Part shown: positions 9,514 through 16,690 of the stretch, piece after piece | Position numbering within the stretch: position 1 is the stretch's first letter | Layout: every line of letters starts with the position of its first letter | IMG/VR virus record: IMGVR_UViG_3300014508_000001 | Span: 1-44,597 of that record | Length of the DNA: 44,597 nt | DNA from: a virus | Taxonomy: Duplodnaviria > Caudoviricetes | Direction: 5' to 3' (one strand) | Notes under the pieces: generated by a model | Seen by the model: the letters and a program-made list of their open reading frames with translations, nothing else | Databases searched by the model: none | Told to the model about the DNA's origin: nothing | Made by a program: the position numbers and the translations under genes

Positions 9514-11324
9514 TGAAAGGGACTAAGCTTGAATTAGAAAAGCAGATAGAGTTATGGGAGAGTCTTCGTACATTACAAGAGACCTTCCCTGACACTGTAG
9601 CTGGCTTTATAATGTTTGCTAATGTAATCATCAATGCCCTAATCACAGGTAGTCCTAACTTGAACAGGATGCAAGCAGACATATGTAAGTACTTGCATTC
9701 TGGTCATAAGTATCGAATGATACAGGCTCAACGTGGTCAGGCTAAAACGACTATAACAGCAATCTATGCAGTATTTAGAATAATCCATGCACCTCATACT
9801 CGTATCGTTATATTCTCTCAGAATGGTAAACGAGCTAAAGAGATATCAGGTTGGGTTATTAAAATATTTAAACGTATGGACTTCTTGGAGTTTATGCGAC
9901 CTGATGAAACAGCTGGTGATAGAGCCAGTGTAGAAGCGTTTGATGTCCATTACATCTTAAAAGGTACAGATAAATCGCCATCTGTTGCGTGTCAGTCTAT
10001 TGAGGCTGGTGCTCAGGGGATGCGAGCAGATGTACTAATTGCAGATGATGTTGAGTCATTACAGAATTCACGTACTGTTGCAGGTAGAGAGTTACTTGAA
10101 GACGTTACAAAAGAATTCGAATCTATTAACCAACATGGTGATATCATTTATCTTGGTACACCACAGTCAATAGAATCTATTTATAATAACCTACCATCTC
10201 GTGGATATGATGTACGTGTATGGTCAGGTCGTTACCCTACTGTTGAAGAGTTACCTAACTATGGTAATAACCTAGCTCCATTGATTCTCGATGATATTGA
10301 GAAAGACCCAAGCTTACAGACAGGTTATGGCATTACAGGCAAGCAGGGTGCTCCTACTTGTCCTGAAATGTTTAATGACCAGATACTTATTGAGAAAGAA
10401 ACATCTCAAGGTAAAGGTAAGTTTCAATTACAATACATGCTCAATACAAGATTATCTGATGAGGGTAGGTTTCCTCTTAAGTTATCTGACTTTATTGTAA
10501 CTAGTATAGGTTCTCATGAAGCTCCCGTAATGCCTATATGGGCTAGCGGTAGGCATCAAGTAATAGAAGGACTACCTCGCTTTGGTAACCGTAATACAGA
10601 TAAGTTTAATTCACCTGTAGAACGGAAGTATGATTGGGCTAAGTTTGAACGAAGCCTTATGTACATTGACCCCGCGGGTGGTGGTAAGAATGGTGATGAA
10701 ACAGCATATGCTATCATCAAACTCATTGGTACATTTATATATGTCGTTGAAGTATCTGGCATAGCTGGTGGTTATGAAGAAGAGAAATTACTCAAACTTG
10801 TAGCAGCAGCTAAGACACATAATATAAAAGACGTTTATATAGAGAAGAACTATGGTAACGGTGCTCATGCAGCTATCCTTGCTCCTCTCTTCCAAAGAGA
10901 ATGGCCTGTATCGATTGAAGAAGTACATGAGTCAGGTCAGAAAGAGTTACGTATTATAGATGTAATAGAGCCATTACTTAGCTCACATCGACTAGTTGTA
11001 CCTCAAGAAGTTATTGATAAAGATTACGAAAGCACAGCAATGTACCCTACTGAAAAGAGAATGACTTATTCGTTCTTCTTTCAACTATGTCACATAACAC
11101 GAGACAAAGATTGTCTACGTCATGATGATAGATTGGATGCAATGGCAGGTGCTATACGTCAAATCGTACAGTCAATAGATTACGATATGGCATCTATGCT
11201 AGCTCGTAAGCAAGCGGCTGAACAGAAAGAATGGTTAATTATGATGAACGACCCTATTAAACGTAGAGAGTCTGTCACAGGCGTAGCTGTTCATAGAAGT
11301 TCAAGACGAAACCGTTTCGGTTAA
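9513..11324 (+). CDS. terL: Terminase large subunit
   Basis: AQRGQAKT Walker A, ADVLIADDVE Walker B, LGTPQ, IDPAGGG..GDE nuclease motif, HDDRLDA. Confidence 0.95.
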   Translation: MKGTKLELEKQIELWESLRTLQETFPDTVAGFIMFANVIINALITGSPNLNRMQADICKYLHSGHKYRMIQAQRGQAKTTITAIYAVFRIIHAPHTRIVIFSQNGKRAKEISGWVIKIFKRMDFLEFMRPDETAGDRASVEAFDVHYILKGTDKSPSVACQSIEAGAQGMRADVLIADDVESLQNSRTVAGRELLEDVTKEFESINQHGDIIYLGTPQSIESIYNNLPSRGYDVRVWSGRYPTVEELPNYGNNLAPLILDDIEKDPSLQTGYGITGKQGAPTCPEMFNDQILIEKETSQGKGKFQLQYMLNTRLSDEGRFPLKLSDFIVTSIGSHEAPVMPIWASGRHQVIEGLPRFGNRNTDKFNSPVERKYDWAKFERSLMYIDPAGGGKNGDETAYAIIKLIGTFIYVVEVSGIAGGYEEEKLLKLVAAAKTHNIKDVYIEKNYGNGAHAAILAPLFQREWPVSIEEVHESGQKELRIIDVIEPLLSSHRLVVPQEVIDKDYESTAMYPTEKRMTYSFFFQLCHITRDKDCLRHDDRLDAMAGAIRQIVQSIDYDMASMLARKQAAEQKEWLIMMNDPIKRRESVTGVAVHRSSRRNRFG

Positions 11325-11348
11325 TTAAACATCTAATAGAGTAATAAT

Positions 11349-11371
11349 AATTAGGTTGCTCTATAGATACA
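11349..11371 (+). promoter_or_regulatory. Phage RNAP promoter (+1 G at 11366)
   Basis: AATTAGGTTGCTCTATA-GATACA resembles SP6 ATTTAGGTGACACTATA-G. Confidence 0.85.
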
Positions 11372-11411
11372 ATAAGTATTTTATTTTAATATATATTAGG
11401 AGATTTAAAAC

Positions 11412-11678
11412 ATGGCATTACCAATTACAGGCGCAGCAACTCAAGGTGCTTCAGAAGATATCGTAGCAGTAGCAAACCCATTCCCAGTAGTAGCTAAATC
11501 ACGTTTAGATGATGCAACTGATGAGTTGAATGATACACGTTTATCTGGTAAGAAAAATGGTGCATTCGTATTAGCTGATAATGCTGGTACTATGACATTA
11601 GTTATGGCAACTGGTGAAGGTTCTACTGACACTTGGGCTAGCGTATTCACTGGTGCTACTTACACTACTCCAGTATAA
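11412..11678 (+). CDS. Small virion/decoration protein
   Basis: Has its own promoter and a strong RBS; LND..LSGKK.GA..L...A.G..TD.W pattern seen in post-terminase structural proteins of SP6/phiKMV-like phages. Confidence 0.55.
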   Translation: MALPITGAATQGASEDIVAVANPFPVVAKSRLDDATDELNDTRLSGKKNGAFVLADNAGTMTLVMATGEGSTDTWASVFTGATYTTPV

Positions 11679-11692
11679 TAAACCACAATAAC

Positions 11693-11733
11693 AAGACAGT
11701 GTAAGAACTCCTTAGGGAGTTCGCGCTCTTTTT
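11693..11733 (+). terminator. Hairpin with T-tract
   Basis: GAACTCC-TTAG-GGAGTTC followed by GCGCTCTTTTT. Confidence 0.55.
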
Positions 11734-11742
11734 GGAGTTAGT

Positions 11743-11997
11743 ATGTTCAAGAATTATAAAAGCAAGCCTATTATCCGTTCAGCATATTTGATTACTGATA
11801 AAGACATTATTAAACATTTTAATGATAAGTCTGAAGTATTAGTATGTACTGAGGCTGGTAATATTCGTGCTAATGCAAGTATACCGCCTGTGGCAGGTGA
11901 TTACATAGTTAAGCTTAGTGAAGCTGATGTGTATCATTGTCCTCGTGAAGTATTCAAAGAACGTAATGTTCTTACAGCTTTGAAAGAAGAAGCTTAA
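11743..11997 (+). CDS. Conserved small phage protein (YKSKP...GDYIV...YHCP..VF family)
   Basis: GGAG RBS; recognisable recurrent phage motif pattern, function unknown. Confidence 0.7.
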   Translation: MFKNYKSKPIIRSAYLITDKDIIKHFNDKSEVLVCTEAGNIRANASIPPVAGDYIVKLSEADVYHCPREVFKERNVLTALKEEA

Positions 11998-12064
11998 AGT
12001 AGTGGCGCTTGCGCCCTCTTTACTATTGGTATTTAATTATAGATATCAATACTAAGGAGTTAAC

Positions 12065-12478
12065 ATGAAGAAATTATTAATAGCAATGTTAATTAGTATT
12101 CAGCTCACAGGCTGTTCTGCTATGTCAATGCTAAGTGCTCTAACTCCAAGTAAACCTGCGGTTAGTGTAGATGCACAGATTGGCGAGGAAGCTAATAAGC
12201 AGGTTATATTAGGCAACCAGAGTAAGACAACTATAGATGCAGATAATGTCTCAGGCGACCTCAATCAGGTCTCTACTGACATTGTTACTGGATTCACAGG
12301 TGACTTGCAAGCTGGAAGCTTTACCGTTAATAATATGCCTACAATGGAAGTGATGGCATGGATAGCAGTTCTTATATTCCTTATAGGAGTATTATGTCCT
12401 ACACCTTCAACTATGATTAGATGGTTAGTTAATCAAGTCAGGCAGATTGTTAATATAATCAAACCTAAGAAGGAGTAA
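12065..12478 (+). CDS. Unimolecular spanin (T1 gp11-like)
   Basis: Lipobox LTGC; CS..S.LS.L...P.V..Q.G.E..KQ; C-terminal TM segment VMAWIAVLIFLIGVL and a basic tail. Confidence 0.8.
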   Translation: MKKLLIAMLISIQLTGCSAMSMLSALTPSKPAVSVDAQIGEEANKQVILGNQSKTTIDADNVSGDLNQVSTDIVTGFTGDLQAGSFTVNNMPTMEVMAWIAVLIFLIGVLCPTPSTMIRWLVNQVRQIVNIIKPKKE

Positions 12479-12482
12479 CAGT

Positions 12483-12908
12483 ATGGCAGGTATATTACCA
12501 GCAATAGCAGCCGCTAATGTTATATCAATTGCAAGAGAGTACACAGCAGGTGTTAGTTTAGTATCAGCAGGTAGACCCGACTTAATGAACATTACTATCC
12601 AGAATAGAGATAATCAATCCATCTATTTCTGGCATGGTCCTGTGTCAGTAGATTTAGTATCTCACATGATACAAGTTTATTTACCAGAAGACCCAGCAGA
12701 CTGGACAGCACAAGAGGCTACAGATGCAGGGACGTTTATGTCAGCCTATGGAGAAGAGATAGCAGCAGGAGAGCGCTTTGAACCTATGGTATCTCATAAA
12801 GGTATTATTTATAGCTATGTAGCCTCAGGTACAGCTAAGGCGCATGTACGGTTCAGTTCAAGTAAATTAGAGCATAATGCTCAGTTAGAAGAAATGAATA
12901 ACCCGTAG
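12483..12908 (+). CDS. Hypothetical beta-rich protein, possibly structural
   Basis: AAGGAG RBS; ITIQN...IYF...EIAAG...IY..VASGT small jelly-roll-like pattern. Confidence 0.6.
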   Translation: MAGILPAIAAANVISIAREYTAGVSLVSAGRPDLMNITIQNRDNQSIYFWHGPVSVDLVSHMIQVYLPEDPADWTAQEATDAGTFMSAYGEEIAAGERFEPMVSHKGIIYSYVASGTAKAHVRFSSSKLEHNAQLEEMNNP

Positions 12909-13018
12909 ACCACATTGAGTACTCAGGCGAAGCAACAGTGAACATCTATAATGCTTATGCGTTACAGTTAGTAGCTTTAGTTTTGCTTGAGTGCTCTTGC
13001 ATTAAGAGGAGAGAGAGT

Positions 13019-13105
13019 ATGAATTTTCCAGAAATATTTATATTAACATGGGTAGCTGTACTAGGGCTAGCTGTATTCTTTGCAGGTACACTAAGTGATA
13101 GATAA
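13019..13105 (+). CDS. 28-aa membrane peptide, last gene of the linear genome
   Basis: MNFPEIFILTWVAVLGLAVFFAGTLSDR after GAGGAG. Confidence 0.55.
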   Translation: MNFPEIFILTWVAVLGLAVFFAGTLSDR

Positions 13106-13179
13106 TGCTTGTATTCTCTTAGAGAGTATGAGTCAGTATTAAGATTAGAATAAAAATTAACAGGTTATGCGAGTGGTGT

Positions 13180-13385
13180 TTTGCCTGTACGTGCGCGTCA
13201 GATTCCCCCATAGGGCCTGTGCATAATCATTATTCTAGGAAGTGCAAGAGAGGGCAAGCGATTGCCAGCGACAACAACAGACTCTCTTGTATAATCTTAG
13301 AGCGCACTTAGTATGTGTGTGAGATTGACCAACAAGTAGTGAGACTTGCTAAGTATTGGCGAGATTGACACGAGGGCGAGGGCCT
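13180..13385. repeat. Predicted collapsed direct terminal repeat (left boundary approximate)
   Basis: Non-coding; CCCCATAGGG.CCTGT resembles the starts of SP6/K1-5 terminal repeats; ends GAGGGCGAGGGCCT immediately before ATCTGTT. Confidence 0.55.
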
Positions 13386-13395
13386 ATCTGTTTTT
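13386..13395 (+). terminator. Concatemer-junction / class II pause site ATCTGTT
   Basis: ATCTGTTTTT; in T7 this element directly follows the terminal repeat. Confidence 0.7.
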
Positions 13396-13693
13396 ACTTT
13401 CATGTTGTTATTAATCTATTCATAGAGAGTCTAGGTACTAACTGTTTTTACTTGCTATGCTCATTAGTATGCTCTTAATAGAAACACAGCCTCTCTTGGT
13501 CTCTCTTAGTTATTCTCTTAGAGAGTCTAGTTATTGTAAGTAACAACCCGCTCTCTGGTATTGTCTTAGTCTCTCTTAGCGATTCTCTTAGTATATACTT
13601 AGATACTCTTAGAGAGTGTTAGAGAGTCTTGCACGTACTAGAGCTATTACTATATTTAATCAAAGATTAAAGAAGATGTTATAAGGCTACCGC

Positions 13694-13786
13694 CAGCACT
13701 ACTCTGTTAAGTCAGCACTACTCTGTTAAGTCAGCACTACTCTGTTAAGTCAGCACTACTCTGTTAAGTCAGCACTACTCTATTAA
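13694..13786. repeat. 19-bp tandem repeat CAGCACTACTCTGTTAAGT, 4 perfect copies plus 1 degenerate
   Basis: Units start at 13694, 13713, 13732, 13751 and 13770. Confidence 0.95.
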
Positions 13787-13863
13787 ACTATATACTCTTA
13801 TTATTATACTTAGATAGCACTTAGATTATCCTTAGAGAGTCTAGCAATAGCTGAGCCTTAGCT

Positions 13864-13881
13864 TGTGCCACACGTGGGACA
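13864..13881. promoter_or_regulatory. 18-bp palindromic site, copy 1
   Basis: TGTGCCACACGTGGGACA, 3 bp upstream of a phage promoter. Confidence 0.7.
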
Positions 13882-13884
13882 GTT

Positions 13885-13907
13885 ATTTAAGTTGCAGTAT
13901 AGATATA
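13885..13907 (+). promoter_or_regulatory. Phage RNAP promoter (left-end, phiOL-like; +1 G at 13902)
   Basis: ATTTAAGTTGCAGTATA-GATATA. Confidence 0.8.
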
Positions 13908-13937
13908 AGTTAATTTGCATTTAATTTAATAAAACGC

Positions 13938-13965
13938 TTGCACTTAATTATTTAGTGTGTAGAAT
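13938..13965 (+). promoter_or_regulatory. Host sigma70 early promoter
   Basis: TTGCAC-16 nt-TAGAAT with an AT-rich UP-like region upstream. Confidence 0.6.
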
Positions 13966-14120
13966 GTGGGTTCTGGTTAAGGAGGAACGCCTCACAACCT
14001 AAGAGACTTGTCGAGTAAGTCTTTAAACATACAAGGCAGCCTAGAGCGACTAGCGGGGATATACTCACAGCCCGTTAGACAATCAAACTAGGAAGACGCA
14101 GGAGATGCGCACATCGAGAA

Positions 14121-14170
14121 AGTTGATATTTAATAGTTACTTGTAGTGAGTAGCTATACTAATATTAATT
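14121..14170 (+). promoter_or_regulatory. RNase III-type processing hairpin 1
   Basis: GTTGATATT/AATATTAAT lower stem and ATAGTTACT/AGTAGCTAT upper stem with an internal loop. Confidence 0.6.
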
Positions 14171-14187
14171 AACTAAAAGAGAATACT

Positions 14188-14682
14188 ATGATATTACATA
14201 CTGATAACATAAACCTTAAGAAGCTAGCTATTGAAGAGCTAAGAGTTTTTATTACTGCTAAGGTAGAAGAATCTCAAGCCCGAGGTTGGTCATATAAGAC
14301 AACTGAGAACGCGCCCGAGAGCTTTAAGGACCTGAAAGCACAAACAGTTCATAAGTGTATGCCTATTGCTAGTTATGGTTGTGATACTAGCATTTATGGA
14401 GATGCTAAGACTAATGAAATGTTTAGATTTTGGCATGATGTTACTCATTTAGAACTTGACGAAGGCTTTAGCAAGTCAGGTGAATACGCTGTAATTAAAG
14501 ACCATTTGCAAGAGGCTAGACTATATGGTTTATCTGCACTAGCTACACTTATCCTTAAGATAGACACTATGGGCCAAGTTGACTATTACTTTAGACATAA
14601 AGAGTTTGTAAACAATCAAGATGCTTTTCTTGATACCTGCTTACAGCGTGGCATGTCTTTAGCTATTAAGGTGAAACACTAA
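14188..14682 (+). CDS. First early gene; hypothetical protein with FRFWHD..H motif
   Basis: 164-aa ORF with FRFWHDVTHLELDEGFSKSGE. Confidence 0.8.
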   Translation: MILHTDNINLKKLAIEELRVFITAKVEESQARGWSYKTTENAPESFKDLKAQTVHKCMPIASYGCDTSIYGDAKTNEMFRFWHDVTHLELDEGFSKSGEYAVIKDHLQEARLYGLSALATLILKIDTMGQVDYYFRHKEFVNNQDAFLDTCLQRGMSLAIKVKH

Positions 14683-14780
14683 TGATTAAATGGAATGGTT
14701 ACTCATACACAATAGCTATTATTATATTAGCGCTCTTTGTTTATACTCTAATTACTATCATAATAGGTGCATTATCATGA
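14682..14780 (+). CDS. 32-aa membrane peptide
   Basis: MIKWNGYSYTIAIIILALFVYTLITIIIGALS; TAATG and ATGA coupling to its neighbours. Confidence 0.6.
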   Translation: MIKWNGYSYTIAIIILALFVYTLITIIIGALS

Positions 14781-14887
14781 GCTTAGTAGATAAATTAATT
14801 AAATGGTTTAAAGACCAGTACAGCGGCTCTTCAATTGAAACAGCTGAAGCATACGAACATATAACTTCATTAGGTAAGGATTATTAA
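14777..14887 (+). CDS. 36-aa hypothetical protein
   Basis: MSLVDKLIKWFKDQY...; AGGT RBS and ATGA overlap. Confidence 0.55.
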   Translation: MSLVDKLIKWFKDQYSGSSIETAEAYEHITSLGKDY

Positions 14888-14986
14888 ATGAATATGAAAG
14901 AGTTCGAACAATATGCGCTTTGCGCTCTCTTGGGTGTACTATCACTCATTCCATTAGCTGGTATTATTGCAATACTTAGCCTTTAA
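14888..14986 (+). CDS. 32-aa membrane peptide
   Basis: MNMKEFEQYALCALLGVLSLIPLAGIIAILSL after AAGGA. Confidence 0.6.
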   Translation: MNMKEFEQYALCALLGVLSLIPLAGIIAILSL

Positions 14987-15034
14987 GTTGTTAACTAGTA
15001 GCCGCTAGCAGTAGTGGTTATTATGATAACAATT
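14986..15034 (+). promoter_or_regulatory. RNase III-type processing hairpin 2
   Basis: AGTTGTTA/TAACAATT and AGTAGCCGCTA/TAGTGGTTATT stems. Confidence 0.6.
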
Positions 15035-15064
15035 TCGTTATCCCTTATATAGAGAATCTTAAAA

Positions 15065-16147
15065 ATGACAAAGTTAATCGAAGTATCAAACAACACTATC
15101 ATTGTATTAGAAGCAATCAACGCTAGCATAACTGAAGGCGCAAAACTGAAGGATGTTAAGCAGTCACTAGCCGACTTAATCAAAGAGAATAGTCTCTCGT
15201 TATCAGGCTTTGCAGTTGAATGCTTTACGCCAGAGTTTACGCTTTATGGCCTTGTGAATGCTATGAAGGCTAAGCACTCAAGTAAAGATAAGTTATCGGG
15301 TTACTTAACTAACCAAGCTATTAAGATACTAGAAGCACTTGAAGCAATGGAAGTGTCTATTACAATAGATGAAGTATCAGAAGAAGAGCCAGCTATTGAC
15401 TGGTTAGAGCAGGTTAGCAATGATATTCATCAGCATTTATCAGATGCTAAGAATAGCTATATTGAAGTGGGCCGATTATTAACTGAAGCTCGTGAAGAGT
15501 TCGAAGGACAAAAGGCGTTTATTGTTTGGACCACTGAGCAATTTAATATTAAAAAGTCGCAAGCTTTTAGATTAATGCGTATATTTAAAGAGTTCGGTAA
15601 TGTAGGAGGATTTGAAGGAGTGGCAATGCGCGTTCTGGATATCTTGTGTGGTGAGAGTCAAGAGGTTAAAGAGAAGGCCGCTAAGCTAGTTAAAGAGGGA
15701 GAACTTGACACTCCAACGGCTAAACTACTCGTTGAAGAAGATAAGCCAACAGAAGAGCTTACAGAAGAAGAGACTGATATTGTCACTCCTGATTTTATTG
15801 AAGAAGGTGTTGTAATTGAAGAAGAAGCTGAAAAGCCTACTCTTGATGAAGCAATGGTTAAAGCAATGAATAAGATGCAAGCTACTATAGATAGTCTTAC
15901 TAAGCAGTTAGAAGAAGCTAACAAGCCTAAGAGAGTGCAGAAGCTTCCAATGCTCCCACACTTTCAATCTAATTGTATGGCTACTCGTCTAGGCTTAGAT
16001 GATAAGATAAACAAAGAAGCTGTAAGAAGTGCTTACCGTAACACTGTTAAGCATTACACAAAGGAAGCTAACGAAGAGGTATTTAACCTACTTACTGAAG
16101 CATTAGAGTTCTTTAATAAAGGATTCGAAGCAGCTAGCAAAGCCTAG
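15065..16147 (+). CDS. Early protein with DUF3102-like helix-turn-helix region, acidic linker, coiled coil and C-terminal J-domain-like module
   Basis: IEVGRLLTEARE...F..W....F.IKKSQAFRLMRIF; LGL....KEAVRSAYR..VKHY...F..L..A.E. Confidence 0.7.
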   Translation: MTKLIEVSNNTIIVLEAINASITEGAKLKDVKQSLADLIKENSLSLSGFAVECFTPEFTLYGLVNAMKAKHSSKDKLSGYLTNQAIKILEALEAMEVSITIDEVSEEEPAIDWLEQVSNDIHQHLSDAKNSYIEVGRLLTEAREEFEGQKAFIVWTTEQFNIKKSQAFRLMRIFKEFGNVGGFEGVAMRVLDILCGESQEVKEKAAKLVKEGELDTPTAKLLVEEDKPTEELTEEETDIVTPDFIEEGVVIEEEAEKPTLDEAMVKAMNKMQATIDSLTKQLEEANKPKRVQKLPMLPHFQSNCMATRLGLDDKINKEAVRSAYRNTVKHYTKEANEEVFNLLTEALEFFNKGFEAASKA

Positions 16148-16196
16148 TTAATAACTAGTAACTACTTGTAATGAGTGGTTATTATGATATTAATTA
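16145..16196 (+). promoter_or_regulatory. RNase III-type processing hairpin 3
   Basis: TAGTTAATA/TATTAATTA and GTAACTACT/AGTGGTTAT stems. Confidence 0.6.
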
Positions 16197-16218
16197 ACCT
16201 TAAATAAGTGAGAACAAC

Positions 16219-16401
16219 ATGCAAACTAATAACATTCAAAGACCAAACGCCTCTCCTGAGTATTTCAAAGCATTAGGAGCAAGAGCAGACCGCCACCGCG
16301 CTAAAGTAATTGCTAAGAAGCAACAACGCTCTATGAACTATGGAGTAGTTGAAGTGGACTTTTCAGAGAACTCAACAGGGCATAGAAACTGCCCACGATA
16401 A
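16219..16401 (+). CDS. Hypothetical basic protein
   Basis: 60-aa ORF between two processing hairpins. Confidence 0.65.
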   Translation: MQTNNIQRPNASPEYFKALGARADRHRAKVIAKKQQRSMNYGVVEVDFSENSTGHRNCPR

Positions 16402-16450
16402 GTAGTTAACTAGTAGCCATTCTAAGGAGTGGCTATTGTGATAAATACTT
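16400..16450 (+). promoter_or_regulatory. RNase III-type processing hairpin 4
   Basis: AGTAGCCATTC-TAAG-GAGTGGCTATT upper stem, AAGTA/TACTT base. Confidence 0.6.
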
Positions 16451-16454
16451 TTCC

Positions 16455-16472
16455 TGTCTCACGTGTGGGACA
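16455..16472. promoter_or_regulatory. 18-bp palindromic site, copy 2
   Basis: TGTCTCACGTGTGGGACA. Confidence 0.7.
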
Positions 16473-16495
16473 ATTAAATACAGAGAACTTAAATT

Positions 16496-16690
16496 ATGAT
16501 TAAGATTAGTCACGGCATTAAGATGGATTTTAGAAGTAGAATATACAGACATCGAGGGAGATATCTAAAGAAGGCTGCATATATGCTTTGCTGTGGTGCT
16601 GGTGTTAATAAGACAGCACATAAGAGCAAACTTGGCTTGCGTAGAACTAACATCCTTATCAAATTAATAAAGGCTAATAATTATGCTTAA
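16496..16690 (+). CDS. Small basic protein with DFRSRIY motif
   Basis: 64 aa; overlaps the RNAP start. Confidence 0.6.
   Translation: MIKISHGIKMDFRSRIYRHRGRYLKKAAYMLCCGAGVNKTAHKSKLGLRRTNILIKLIKANNYA

Noticed and set aside
13694-13786. CRISPR array
   Set aside because: Repeats are directly adjacent with no spacers, and there are no cas genes
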